Position numbers and translations under genes: made by a program. This document shows positions 19,589 through 28,623 of a DNA stretch of 64,000 nt, piece after piece (position 1 is the stretch's first letter; each line of letters starts with the position of its first letter). The stretch comes from Promethearchaeota archaeon. GTDB lineage: Archaea; Asgardarchaeota; Lokiarchaeia; Sigyniarchaeales; SOKP01. The stretch is taken from positions 224,001 to 288,000 of the forward strand of contig JAUVNS010000003.1 of assembly GCA_030599585.1 (NCBI GenBank), in the 5' to 3' direction. The notes beneath the pieces are model-generated. The model had not been told where the DNA came from. It searched no databases and saw only the letters and a program-made list of their open reading frames with translations.

Positions 19589-19833
19589 ATCCTTTCCCTT
19601 AGGTATAAGATAATCTTGATGATTATTAAGAAATAAACTTTAATCTAATATTAATGTTGAGAGAGTTTGAACGTCTATTCATAATCTGACTTACTATTCT
19701 GAGAATGTTTTTAATAAAATAATATCTGATAGTTGAAAAAATTGAATTGATTAAAATTTTTCTTTAAATAGAATTAGAATATTAAAAATCCAATAAACTG
19801 TATTCAGTAAAAAAGCAATTAAAACTACAAAAT

Positions 19834-20553
19834 GTGATAAAAATGGTAGATAAACATAGTCAAAGTTTTTTCGGACAGTCAACAGGACTTACGCTTCTTA
19901 GCTCTTCAAAATCGGATTCGTTTATATTTTTTAAGTGTATTAAGAAAAAACCAGACGGTTCGTGGGAAAAACCATCTTTAGGAGAAGGAAAGACGATAAA
20001 ATGTAACTTAGACGAAATAGTTATGATTCTTGATGTATTACAAAGAAATAGCGATTCCTGGTCTAGCTTTCATAATTTTAACGATGTGAAGACTCAGATA
20101 TCTTTTAAATGGGAAGACGGGGCTAAGAAAAAACTGCTGATTTATATTGGTAACTATTCTAAAATGTTGAACTTTTCTCAAACTGAGATTTTCCGGTTAT
20201 TATTAAAGCATATTTTAGAAGAAAAAATAGAGTTTTCTACGATTTCAAAAATGCCTTCAGGAAAAACTGTTGTTAGCGGTTATAAAAATAAGGAACAAGG
20301 GAATCAAAAAAATAACGCTACGGCACTACCTGTCGTTAAAGAGTCCATCGAAAATAATGAAACCGATGTAAGTCAAATAAATGGAGTTATAGAGGGAGAG
20401 ACTGAAAAAGCGTTGCTTATCCAATTTAATAAGGATAAAGAAATTTGGATTCCTAAATCGGTAATCCGATCAAATTACGATTCTTCAAATGATATCTCTC
20501 AAAACTTTATAATTGATAACTGGATTCTTAAAAAAAATAATATTCCAAATTAA
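19834..20553 (+). CDS. Hypothetical protein, possible Whirly/PC4-like ssDNA-binding N-domain
   Basis: FIFFKCIKKKPDGSWEK...KTIKCNLDEIVMIL; C-terminal ETEKALLI...IWIPKS module. Confidence 0.45.
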   Translation: MIKMVDKHSQSFFGQSTGLTLLSSSKSDSFIFFKCIKKKPDGSWEKPSLGEGKTIKCNLDEIVMILDVLQRNSDSWSSFHNFNDVKTQISFKWEDGAKKKLLIYIGNYSKMLNFSQTEIFRLLLKHILEEKIEFSTISKMPSGKTVVSGYKNKEQGNQKNNATALPVVKESIENNETDVSQINGVIEGETEKALLIQFNKDKEIWIPKSVIRSNYDSSNDISQNFIIDNWILKKNNIPN

Positions 20554-20564
20554 CTAACTTTTTT

Positions 20565-21758
20565 TTATCTTTGGGAAATATAGGGCAAGTATTCGTTATC
20601 GCATAGATTTTTTAATTGTTTATTATAATCAATCATTTTTTTTGTAATTTCTGGATGAGAAAGGAGCTCGACCTCCGATTTATCGTCGTGATCCCATAAT
20701 AAATAAGGCGTGTCCTCATTCGGAACTTCTTTTTTAACTTGTTCTATCCAGTCGTTGGGTAATTCATTTTTCAATTCTACATCTAGCATCCTCGCAAGGA
20801 ATATGCTCCAAGCTCTTGGAACGACTGTCATGAGGTAACCACCGCCTCCTACCGCAACCCATCTATTATTGCAATAATCGTGAGAAGAAGTATAGAGAGT
20901 TTGAGCAATATTCTTGTAGGCCGATATAGAAGCTCCCATTTGAGTTAGAGGATCGTCGAAGTACATATCCACGCCTAATTGAGTAAATAGCAAATCGGGA
21001 GAATAAGCTTCTAAAATTCTGGGCACGCAGTATCTAAATAGTTTTACAAGCATTCTATTATTGGTTCCAGGGAGTAAAGGAAAATTCAATGAAAAGCCTT
21101 TTCCCGCCCCTTCACCAACCTCATTTGTGTGTCCTGTGCCGGGAAATAAAAATTTTCCACTTTCATGAAAAGAAATAGTTAAAACGTTAGGATCGTCGTA
21201 AAATAACCATTGTACGCCATCCCCATGGTGACAATCGATGTCTAAATATGCTATTTTAATATCTTTTTTTAAATGCTTAAGGTGATGTATCGCAACCGCG
21301 ATATCGTTGAAAATACAAAACCCTGAAGCTGTTTTTTTTTGAGCATGGTGTAATCCTCCAGCAGGATTAAAAGCTATATTAACATCATCATTCTTCCAAA
21401 CTGAATCTGCAGCTACAATACTTGCTCCACATACAAGAGCGGAAGCTTCATACATTCCGCTAAATATGGGATTGTCACCTGGGCCTAAACCGTATATATA
21501 GGGTTGAATCGTTCTATCTTCAGGGTTTGCGCTTAATTTTTTAACTACTTCAACATATTCTGGATCGTGTGCTCGTTCTATTTGTTCTTGGGTTGCTACT
21601 ATTGGTTCTTTTATTTCTAGCCTTTTATGCCTCAGAAGATTTAGTTTTTCCATGAGATCATATGTTAATTTCAGTCGCAATGGGCGTAACGGGTGATTAG
21701 GTCCAAAATCGTATTTTCCGTATTGGTCTGTATAAACTAAAGCAACTTTGTCATGCAT
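20565..21758 (-). CDS. acuC: Zn-dependent deacetylase, AcuC/class I HDAC-like
   Basis: HPLRPLR, GGLHHA, SGFCIFND, DIDCHHGDG, DPL, GGGGY. Confidence 0.9.
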   Translation of the reverse strand: MHDKVALVYTDQYGKYDFGPNHPLRPLRLKLTYDLMEKLNLLRHKRLEIKEPIVATQEQIERAHDPEYVEVVKKLSANPEDRTIQPYIYGLGPGDNPIFSGMYEASALVCGASIVAADSVWKNDDVNIAFNPAGGLHHAQKKTASGFCIFNDIAVAIHHLKHLKKDIKIAYLDIDCHHGDGVQWLFYDDPNVLTISFHESGKFLFPGTGHTNEVGEGAGKGFSLNFPLLPGTNNRMLVKLFRYCVPRILEAYSPDLLFTQLGVDMYFDDPLTQMGASISAYKNIAQTLYTSSHDYCNNRWVAVGGGGYLMTVVPRAWSIFLARMLDVELKNELPNDWIEQVKKEVPNEDTPYLLWDHDDKSEVELLSHPEITKKMIDYNKQLKNLCDNEYLPYISQR

Positions 21759-21939
21759 AATATTATTATGAATTTAACCGACTATTTATTTTTTTTAAGG
21801 ATGAGTTATAAAAATCTATATCAAATATTTTATCGGAAAGACCTCACAGAATACATAAGATTATATTATATAAGTATCATATAAAAAAATATAGATAGTA
21901 TAGTAAGGTACTTAATAACCTATTCCTCTTCTATTAAAA

Positions 21940-22494
21940 ATGAGCCTAAGATTTAGAAAATTCGTGGAAAGAGTAGCAAAAGACAACGAATTCAAACCAC
22001 TGAAAAACAAATTACTAAACTATTTACAAAAAGAAAGCAAAAACAAATATAAAAATTATCCTCGGCTCATTGAGTTAATGCAAACATATTGGCCGAATTA
22101 CAAGCAAGGATCTAGAATTTCCCACTTACTTAGGGATCATTACAACGAGATATTTACTTTTTATCTGAATACAATCTTTCCTTTCAGAAAGAGGGGTTTA
22201 TCTTTGGCTTATCCTGAAGCACCAACGCCGGTAGATTTTAAATTGGTCTATCAATATCATTATAACTTGGCAGAGATCAATGTTGTTGATGAAGTTCTAA
22301 AAGAATGCAAATTAGAAGCTAAAGTTGATAGTATTTTAAAGAGGTTATTAATTTTCGCTGTTAGTTCATTCAGTCCCATGGTTGAGCTAATATTTAAGCG
22401 TCCGTTCGCATTTCAGTTCTCGAGTATTGATGCTAATCATTTGAGTAATGGTGAATGGGAAATTATTGCGATAATTTCAGCCAGAGAGCAATAG
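21940..22494 (+). CDS. Hypothetical protein
   Basis: 184 aa ORF. Confidence 0.6.
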   Translation: MSLRFRKFVERVAKDNEFKPLKNKLLNYLQKESKNKYKNYPRLIELMQTYWPNYKQGSRISHLLRDHYNEIFTFYLNTIFPFRKRGLSLAYPEAPTPVDFKLVYQYHYNLAEINVVDEVLKECKLEAKVDSILKRLLIFAVSSFSPMVELIFKRPFAFQFSSIDANHLSNGEWEIIAIISAREQ

Positions 22495-22560
22495 ATTCAT
22501 TATCCACTAATAAATGCTCTAGAAAATTACATTTTTATTCTACTATAGAAGGAAAGCCAT

Positions 22561-22989
22561 TTATTTCTTCAAAAAAGATCCCAAATCCATCATCTCGCCA
22601 TCACCTTTTTTAACTTGGATCTTTCCCTTAATTCCTTTAATTTTCCGCTCTAAATAGATGATAGCATCCAAGGGAATTTTTCTCGGTACGCCGCCTTGCC
22701 TATTTATAATTGAAATTAAATAATCTATATTGGCTATAACATCCCGACTAACTAATTCGTTGAATATTGCCTGATATACCATAGGTTCGTTCGCTTTTAT
22801 TTTTTCGAAGTAAGAAAAAGCATCTGGTGCTAAGACAACTCGTAATACATAGATAATTTTATCGTTAATTGATATGATTCTCTCTTGGCTTGCCTGTTGT
22901 CTTTTTTGAGCCTCCATAAGCGCTTTCATTTTTTTCATGCGCAATTTCTCTAATTCATGTTGTTCCTGATCCGTGTTAGACTCATCCAT
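22561..22989 (-). CDS. PDCD5/TFAR19-like DNA-binding protein
   Basis: ELEKLRMKKMKALM...QQ...LRVVLAPDA...KIK pattern. Confidence 0.65.
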   Translation of the reverse strand: MDESNTDQEQHELEKLRMKKMKALMEAQKRQQASQERIISINDKIIYVLRVVLAPDAFSYFEKIKANEPMVYQAIFNELVSRDVIANIDYLISIINRQGGVPRKIPLDAIIYLERKIKGIKGKIQVKKGDGEMMDLGSFLKK

Positions 22990-23023
22990 CTTTACAACCT
23001 AGTTATTTATATTTCCCATAATA

Positions 23024-23941
23024 TTAAGAATTTACTACTTTTAAAGCAATGTCTAATGCTCTTATACCATCGTCGAGGGTAACATACTGTTCTTTATCGT
23101 AAAGAAAATTATTAATCTCTCTCTTTAAGGGTTCGTCGCTCCTTAGGGGTGTAAACGAAGTATCTTTAGTAATTGGATGTTCTCCCTGCAAATCTACCCC
23201 AGTTCGTATATTTACCTGTTGAGTAATGAAATCGGCAGATATACCTCCAAATTCCCCATTAACATAAATTCTCCGGAATTTCGATGGAGTTAACCAATTT
23301 GATTCAATTTGACCGATGGCTGTACCAAAATCTAAAATAATGAATGCAGCGTCAGCGTGAATACTATCTTTGTAACATTTTTTAATACCAAAAGCGTTTA
23401 CAATCTTATTCTTACTCATAATTTTTTCTTGAAGATAAATATCGTGGATTGACAAATCCAGAATTACTCCCATATCCCAATCTCTCTTAGGATACAGGCC
23501 AACGCGCTTCGAAGCAATTGAGATAATCTCCCCAATCTCGTCAAGATGACTTAATAGTTTATCAACGACCGGATTAAAAAGCTCAATAAAACCCGGCATT
23601 ATTCTAATATTATCGTATTCTTTGAACGAGATTAGATCTTCCAATTTTAAAGCCATTGGTTTTTCCATTAAAATATCGATACCCGCATCAGCAAATTTCT
23701 TAGCGATTTCGGGAATATATTTAGGCGGGGTAACTATGCTTACTGCGTCTATAGATTCGTTTTTAATCAAGTCATCTACGCTAGTATAAATGTTTACTCC
23801 GTCGTATTGTTTTGCTAGATGTTCTACTTTAGCTTCGTTAGTATCACATATTCCAACAAGCTCTGAAAGGTTATGAAAGTTTCTTATATGTGCCCTACCA
23901 AACCAACCAGCACCAACAACAGCAGTTCTTTTCTTTTTCAT
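23024..23941 (-). CDS. Gfo/Idh/MocA oxidoreductase (UDP-GlcNAc 3-dehydrogenase-like)
   Basis: VVGAGWFG, MEKP, GFIELFNP, DLSIHD, NWLTP. Confidence 0.85.
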   Translation of the reverse strand: MKKKRTAVVGAGWFGRAHIRNFHNLSELVGICDTNEAKVEHLAKQYDGVNIYTSVDDLIKNESIDAVSIVTPPKYIPEIAKKFADAGIDILMEKPMALKLEDLISFKEYDNIRIMPGFIELFNPVVDKLLSHLDEIGEIISIASKRVGLYPKRDWDMGVILDLSIHDIYLQEKIMSKNKIVNAFGIKKCYKDSIHADAAFIILDFGTAIGQIESNWLTPSKFRRIYVNGEFGGISADFITQQVNIRTGVDLQGEHPITKDTSFTPLRSDEPLKREINNFLYDKEQYVTLDDGIRALDIALKVVNS

Positions 23942-24065
23942 TTCTCTCTATCCAATTTTCTATAAAAAAAATAATAATGCTCAGAATAAGAATTTTATCA
24001 AGTTAGTAGAAGTATGTAATAAGATTTATCAATATACATTTCTTTAATTTTCTGTAATAACTTGC

Positions 24066-26036
24066 GTGATGAGAAACATGAAAAAAAAAAAATCTAAACT
24101 TACTTGCTTGTTAGTAGGTATTTTCTTAATAAATTGCCTTTTCACATCTGTTTATATTTTCCCCTCTAAATTTCAAAATAATAATATTATATCTAATTTA
24201 GGAGAAGATTATGTTGAGAAGGTTAACGATTATCTAAAATTAGCCCAAATAAGCGGAAACTTCTCGCGTTATAATTTATCTGTAATCTTGGACGAAGTGA
24301 GCTCCTCTGTTGAAGGAAATTTGACGGTTAATTTCTATAATGACGATGATGTAAACTACACAAGAATTCCCTTTCATATCTATTTATCCGGTATGGAATA
24401 CGATACAAGACCGGGTATTATTGAAATTGTAAATGTTACAGATTTATATAACCCAAACATAGCAATTCCGTTTGAAGTACATTCAAATCAACAAATAATG
24501 TGGGTAAATTTAACGGCAAACTTAGAACCTCAAAAAAGAGCAGAATTTTTAATTAAATTTAACGCAACCATTCCAGATGGAGGAATTGATAGAGCCAATT
24601 CTCACGGAAGCAATGCAACCCAATCACGCATTTTTAAGTTCGCGAGTTTTTATCCTATACCTTGCGTTTATGATAATAAAGACGGTTGGAACACTGATCC
24701 CTATTTAACTACAGGTGATCCCTTTTATTTTGATATGGCTTACTATAACTTCTTTGTTGAAGCCCCTAACGGAATGAAAATAGCAGCAACTGGGGGGTTA
24801 GAAGAAAAATTAGAAAACAGCGTATCCACGCAGTATCATTTTAATCCTATTTATCCTGTTCGAGAGGTCACCTTTTCAGCTTCACGGTATTTTCAAGTAC
24901 AATCAAAAATTTCAAATGGTGTTAATGTTTCAACCTATTTCCTTCCAAAAGACGCATATTTATGGAACAACTATGCTTTGAATCACGCTGAATATGCTTT
25001 AATTCTCTTTAATAACACTTTTGGAGCATATCCTTACCCTACACTTAATGTTGTAGAAGAGTATACGGATTACGGTGGTATGGAATACCCAAATCAAGTG
25101 TACATTTCGGAAGCAATAGATAGTTGGGGGTATCCTCTCGATGTTGATCGTCGGCTCTTAGAAAAAATAATTGCTCACGAAGTATGTCATCAGTGGTGGT
25201 ATAACTTAGTTGGAAACGACGAAATAGATGTAGGGTTTTTAGACGAAGGTTTAACTTGTTGGTCAACTGATTACTATGGAGAGTACTATTATGGAGACTG
25301 GGAATATTTCCAATTTACTACCTATATTGATGAAGTGAGAGTATATTACAATCTAAATGGGTTCAGCTCCAAAATTAATCAAACAGTATACGAATGCATA
25401 GCTACAGATACTGATTTTTATTATGTTGCCTATAAAAAAGCACCTCTAATTTTTGAAAAGTTGCGCCTAACTCTCGGACTTACAGATTTTTTAGAAGGAT
25501 TAAAGCTTTACTTTGAGAGACATCAATTTGAGCTCGTGTTATTGTCGGATATACAGCTGGCATTCGAGGATGTAGTAGGACAGTCGTTAGATTGGTTTTT
25601 CTTCCCATGGTTCGATAATTTCTTCCTTCCCAAATATTCAATTACACGAAACAATTACAGCTCCGAAAGTCAGAATTTAACTATAACTATAGTAGATCTC
25701 AACGAACCATGGAACGATTACGAATATTCTCAGCAAGTTCCTCTACATGTATATGATACCTCAAATTCTTTGATTTTTAACCAAATAGTCTGGATTAATG
25801 GGACAACCGAATTGTCTTTTACCATTTCAAAACAACCCCATCGAGTAAGCTTAATTTACAGTAATTATGTTTTGGTTCAATTAGCAGATGAATTTGATCT
25901 TACATTAGATTCTATAGTTCCAACAGACGATCCAGTTATACCGGGTTATGAGATGTCGTTCTTTCTTCTGATCAGTTTAATTTTTATTAGTTTTGTAATA
26001 ATTGCCCATAGAAGGAAGATTAAAAAAAGTATATAG
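24066..26036 (+). CDS. Secreted M1-family metallopeptidase with C-terminal PGY-TM (Loki-CTERM-like) anchor
   Basis: N-terminal K-rich signal; GGMEYP, HEVCHQWW...DEG; C-terminal IPGYE + TM + HRRKIKK. Confidence 0.88.
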   Translation: MMRNMKKKKSKLTCLLVGIFLINCLFTSVYIFPSKFQNNNIISNLGEDYVEKVNDYLKLAQISGNFSRYNLSVILDEVSSSVEGNLTVNFYNDDDVNYTRIPFHIYLSGMEYDTRPGIIEIVNVTDLYNPNIAIPFEVHSNQQIMWVNLTANLEPQKRAEFLIKFNATIPDGGIDRANSHGSNATQSRIFKFASFYPIPCVYDNKDGWNTDPYLTTGDPFYFDMAYYNFFVEAPNGMKIAATGGLEEKLENSVSTQYHFNPIYPVREVTFSASRYFQVQSKISNGVNVSTYFLPKDAYLWNNYALNHAEYALILFNNTFGAYPYPTLNVVEEYTDYGGMEYPNQVYISEAIDSWGYPLDVDRRLLEKIIAHEVCHQWWYNLVGNDEIDVGFLDEGLTCWSTDYYGEYYYGDWEYFQFTTYIDEVRVYYNLNGFSSKINQTVYECIATDTDFYYVAYKKAPLIFEKLRLTLGLTDFLEGLKLYFERHQFELVLLSDIQLAFEDVVGQSLDWFFFPWFDNFFLPKYSITRNNYSSESQNLTITIVDLNEPWNDYEYSQQVPLHVYDTSNSLIFNQIVWINGTTELSFTISKQPHRVSLIYSNYVLVQLADEFDLTLDSIVPTDDPVIPGYEMSFFLLISLIFISFVIIAHRRKIKKSI

Positions 26037-26043
26037 AAAAAAT

Positions 26044-26169
26044 TGGTCCCCCCTCTCGGATTTGAGCCGAGGACCCCGCGGTATCGGCTGACAATACTTC
26101 ATAGGTAAGAACCTTAGTATGCGATGTTGATCTACAGCCGCGTGCTCTGACCAGCTGAGCTAAGGGGGG
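26044..26169 (-). tRNA. tRNA-Tyr(GTA) with 49-nt intron at 37/38, CCA encoded
   Basis: Acceptor stem CCCCCCT/AGGGGGG (C1-G72), D-arm GCTC/GAGC, anticodon stem CGCGG/CCGCG, anticodon at 26135-26133, intron 26131-26083, T-arm CTCGG/CCGAG. Confidence 0.95.
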
Positions 26170-26405
26170 TAAATTTTCGATATATGTTTTAATTAATAAA
26201 GTAATATAATTTTTACGATTTTCTTTTAGATGTAGCATGAATGAAAGGAATTTATAAATTACAAAAATAAATCTTTTCAATCTTGGTAGATTTTGTAATT
26301 TGTTCTGTTTGTAATAAAAATCAAAAATAGCACAAATTTTTTTAAAGAAAACTCTAACTAGATAGTTATTACAATTGAAAAAATTCAAATAAAAAGTGAA
26401 ATTTA

Positions 26406-26915
26406 ATGCGAGAAGAAACCGATTATACGGAAGCGATCGAAACGTACAAGGATGATGCTTACATAATCATCGAACCATGGGGGCGCAGTATCGATCACCT
26501 TCGACTTACAATAATAGGCAAGGAAGGAACGCCTTACGGAAAAGGTCGATTCATCTTTGAGGTGAAATTCCCAGAAAATTATCCATTTGCCCCTCCATAC
26601 GCATACGCAGTTACACTAATGTGGCACCCTAATATCGATTCATCTATACCGCCAGGAAAACTTAATATTTGTTTAGATCTGATTAATCCTGACCTTGTTG
26701 GAAAGGTTGACGCCTCAACAGGGGCTTCAGGTTGGACTCCGAGTAAAACTCTAACTAATATCATAGAAGCCTTAAAAGGAATGATGCATGTTGAACCACC
26801 TTTCTTTAACCCCGGAGATCCTCTTAACCACGAGGCCGGTGAGCAATATTTTAGAGCTCAAAAGAAGTTTGAATCAAAAGCTAAATCTTGGACTTCTAAA
26901 TATGCCATGGATTAG
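26406..26915 (+). CDS. Ubiquitin-conjugating enzyme E2
   Basis: GTPYGKG.F...FPENYPFAPP, WHPNI, catalytic ICLDLI, WTP, PLNHEA. Confidence 0.93.
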   Translation: MREETDYTEAIETYKDDAYIIIEPWGRSIDHLRLTIIGKEGTPYGKGRFIFEVKFPENYPFAPPYAYAVTLMWHPNIDSSIPPGKLNICLDLINPDLVGKVDASTGASGWTPSKTLTNIIEALKGMMHVEPPFFNPGDPLNHEAGEQYFRAQKKFESKAKSWTSKYAMD

Positions 26916-27011
26916 GATTAATAACTATTTTTTATCCCTTATTTTTGTTTTCTAATAATCTTTATAATACTGATTTGATTAAACCCAATAAATGATATTT
27001 GTGAGATAATA

Positions 27012-27884
27012 ATGTTAAAGAAGTCGAAGGGATTAAAATCAAGATTGATTGAACTGACCAAATTCGATATAAAAGATCTAAAAGGTCCATACTCTGAAAA
27101 TGTAAAGAGGATTATTCCAAAAGTCTTTAATACGATTCGGAAAGCGATTTCAACCTATAAAAAGGAAATTAAAGACCTTCCTGAAGGCGTTCAGTCTGCT
27201 CCCCAAGAGTTTTGGGACGAAATTATGGTTCAAGCTAAAGAACTAGGCATCGATCTTATAGGATTTGCTCCCATAGATGAAGGTTTTATCTTTGAGAACG
27301 ATCATATTGGTGGAATCGATGTTTTGTACGAGAACGCAATCGTATTGGGGATGGAGATGGACTACGAAGCTATAGAAACAGCACCTGAACCTCCAGCAGG
27401 AATTGAATCTCTAAATATTTATGCAGAGTTAGGTGAAGCCACTAATAAATTAACAGCCTTTATACGATCAAAAGGATATCGAGCAATTGGTTGTCATCCT
27501 CTTGGAGGGCCAATCTTATATCCTGCTATGGCAGTAAAAGCGGGATTAGGTAAAATAGGAAGGCAAGGACTTTTAATTACTAAAAAATTCGGTCCTAGGC
27601 AAAGGTTATCTGTGATTTCAGTTAATATATCTCCTCTTCCAGAAGTTGTTCAAGAACCTGTTGATATCGAGCAATACTGCAAAAAATGTAAAAGATGCCT
27701 TAATCTGTGCCCTGTGAGCGCAATTTACGACGAACCAATCGTTAAAGAAAACGGCACTGTTACCCGGATCGACGGTGAAAAGTGTATAGAATACTTTTAC
27801 AAAACTATGGGGTGTTCTGTGTGCATTAAAGAATGTCCTTTTCATAAAATAGGATATAAGGCACAATTCTATGCTCGCTTATGA
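27012..27884 (+). CDS. QueG/reductive-dehalogenase-like Fe-S (cobalamin-binding) protein
   Basis: AVKAGLGKIGRQGLLITKKFGPRQRL, CKKCKRCLNLCP, CSVCIKECP. Confidence 0.8.
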   Translation: MLKKSKGLKSRLIELTKFDIKDLKGPYSENVKRIIPKVFNTIRKAISTYKKEIKDLPEGVQSAPQEFWDEIMVQAKELGIDLIGFAPIDEGFIFENDHIGGIDVLYENAIVLGMEMDYEAIETAPEPPAGIESLNIYAELGEATNKLTAFIRSKGYRAIGCHPLGGPILYPAMAVKAGLGKIGRQGLLITKKFGPRQRLSVISVNISPLPEVVQEPVDIEQYCKKCKRCLNLCPVSAIYDEPIVKENGTVTRIDGEKCIEYFYKTMGCSVCIKECPFHKIGYKAQFYARL

Positions 27885-27967
27885 ATCCATTATGAAATTC
27901 TCTGTTAAACCTTAATTTGGTTAAAAAATTTATATAATTATTAATAGAAGAACATTATTCCGAGCGT

Positions 27968-28585
27968 ATGACAAAAAAGATACCATATTCATTTACAGAA
28001 AAGAAAGTTATTGTTTTCGACTTAGACGGTACCATTGTAAGATTGGTCGCTGATTGGCATTCGTTATTTAAGGCTTTAAATTCCCGATTTATTGAAAAAT
28101 ATCAAAAAGCTATCAATCACGAAAGTATGTCGGCAATCCTCTCTAGTGTCGTTAAGTTAGGGGATGAGGAAGAACTTCAACTAAATTTTAACCTTATTCA
28201 GCAATACGAACTTGAAAACATAACAAGTAACCAGCCCATTAAGGAAGTTATTTATTTTATTAATAATAAAGAGTTATTTGGAGTATCTCCTAATGCTAAA
28301 TTGGCAGTTTTTTCGCTAAACACGCGATCTACTATTCTCAAATCACTTGAAATGGCAGGAATCCTTGATAAATTTGAATTTTTTGTAGGGCGAGAAGACG
28401 TTAGAAAATGGAAACCTGAACCCGATGGTTTATTGAAGATCTTAGATTACTTCAAAGTTGATGCTAAAGAAATGATCTATTTTGGCGATTTAGAGAAAGA
28501 TTTATTAGCGGGAGCCAAGGCAGGAGTCGAATCTTACTACATTGACACTCTCATTAATCTTGTAAGAAATATAAAAAAATCCTAA
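27968..28585 (+). CDS. HAD-family hydrolase
   Basis: FDLDGT, KPEPDG, GDLEKD. Confidence 0.9.
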   Translation: MTKKIPYSFTEKKVIVFDLDGTIVRLVADWHSLFKALNSRFIEKYQKAINHESMSAILSSVVKLGDEEELQLNFNLIQQYELENITSNQPIKEVIYFINNKELFGVSPNAKLAVFSLNTRSTILKSLEMAGILDKFEFFVGREDVRKWKPEPDGLLKILDYFKVDAKEMIYFGDLEKDLLAGAKAGVESYYIDTLINLVRNIKKS

Positions 28586-28623
28586 CAATAGTGATTGGAG
28601 TTTACATAAAGGAATAGCAACTT

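Noticed and set aside
19617-19702. UGAUGA...CUGA as a possible C/D box sRNA
   Set aside because: No terminal stem or C'/D' boxes; expected by chance in an AT-rich divergent promoter.
20565-22989. HDAC-like and PDCD5-like genes close together, echoing a eukaryotic interaction
   Set aside because: An oppositely oriented gene separates them, and both families are widespread in archaea.
26020-26388. 122-aa minus-strand ORF
   Set aside because: It runs through the tRNA-Tyr gene and AT-rich promoter DNA.
26376-26405. In-frame TGA codons upstream of E2 (also upstream of 14431 and 42108) as Sec codons
   Set aside because: No upstream start, no redox-motif context and no SECIS-like element seen downstream.
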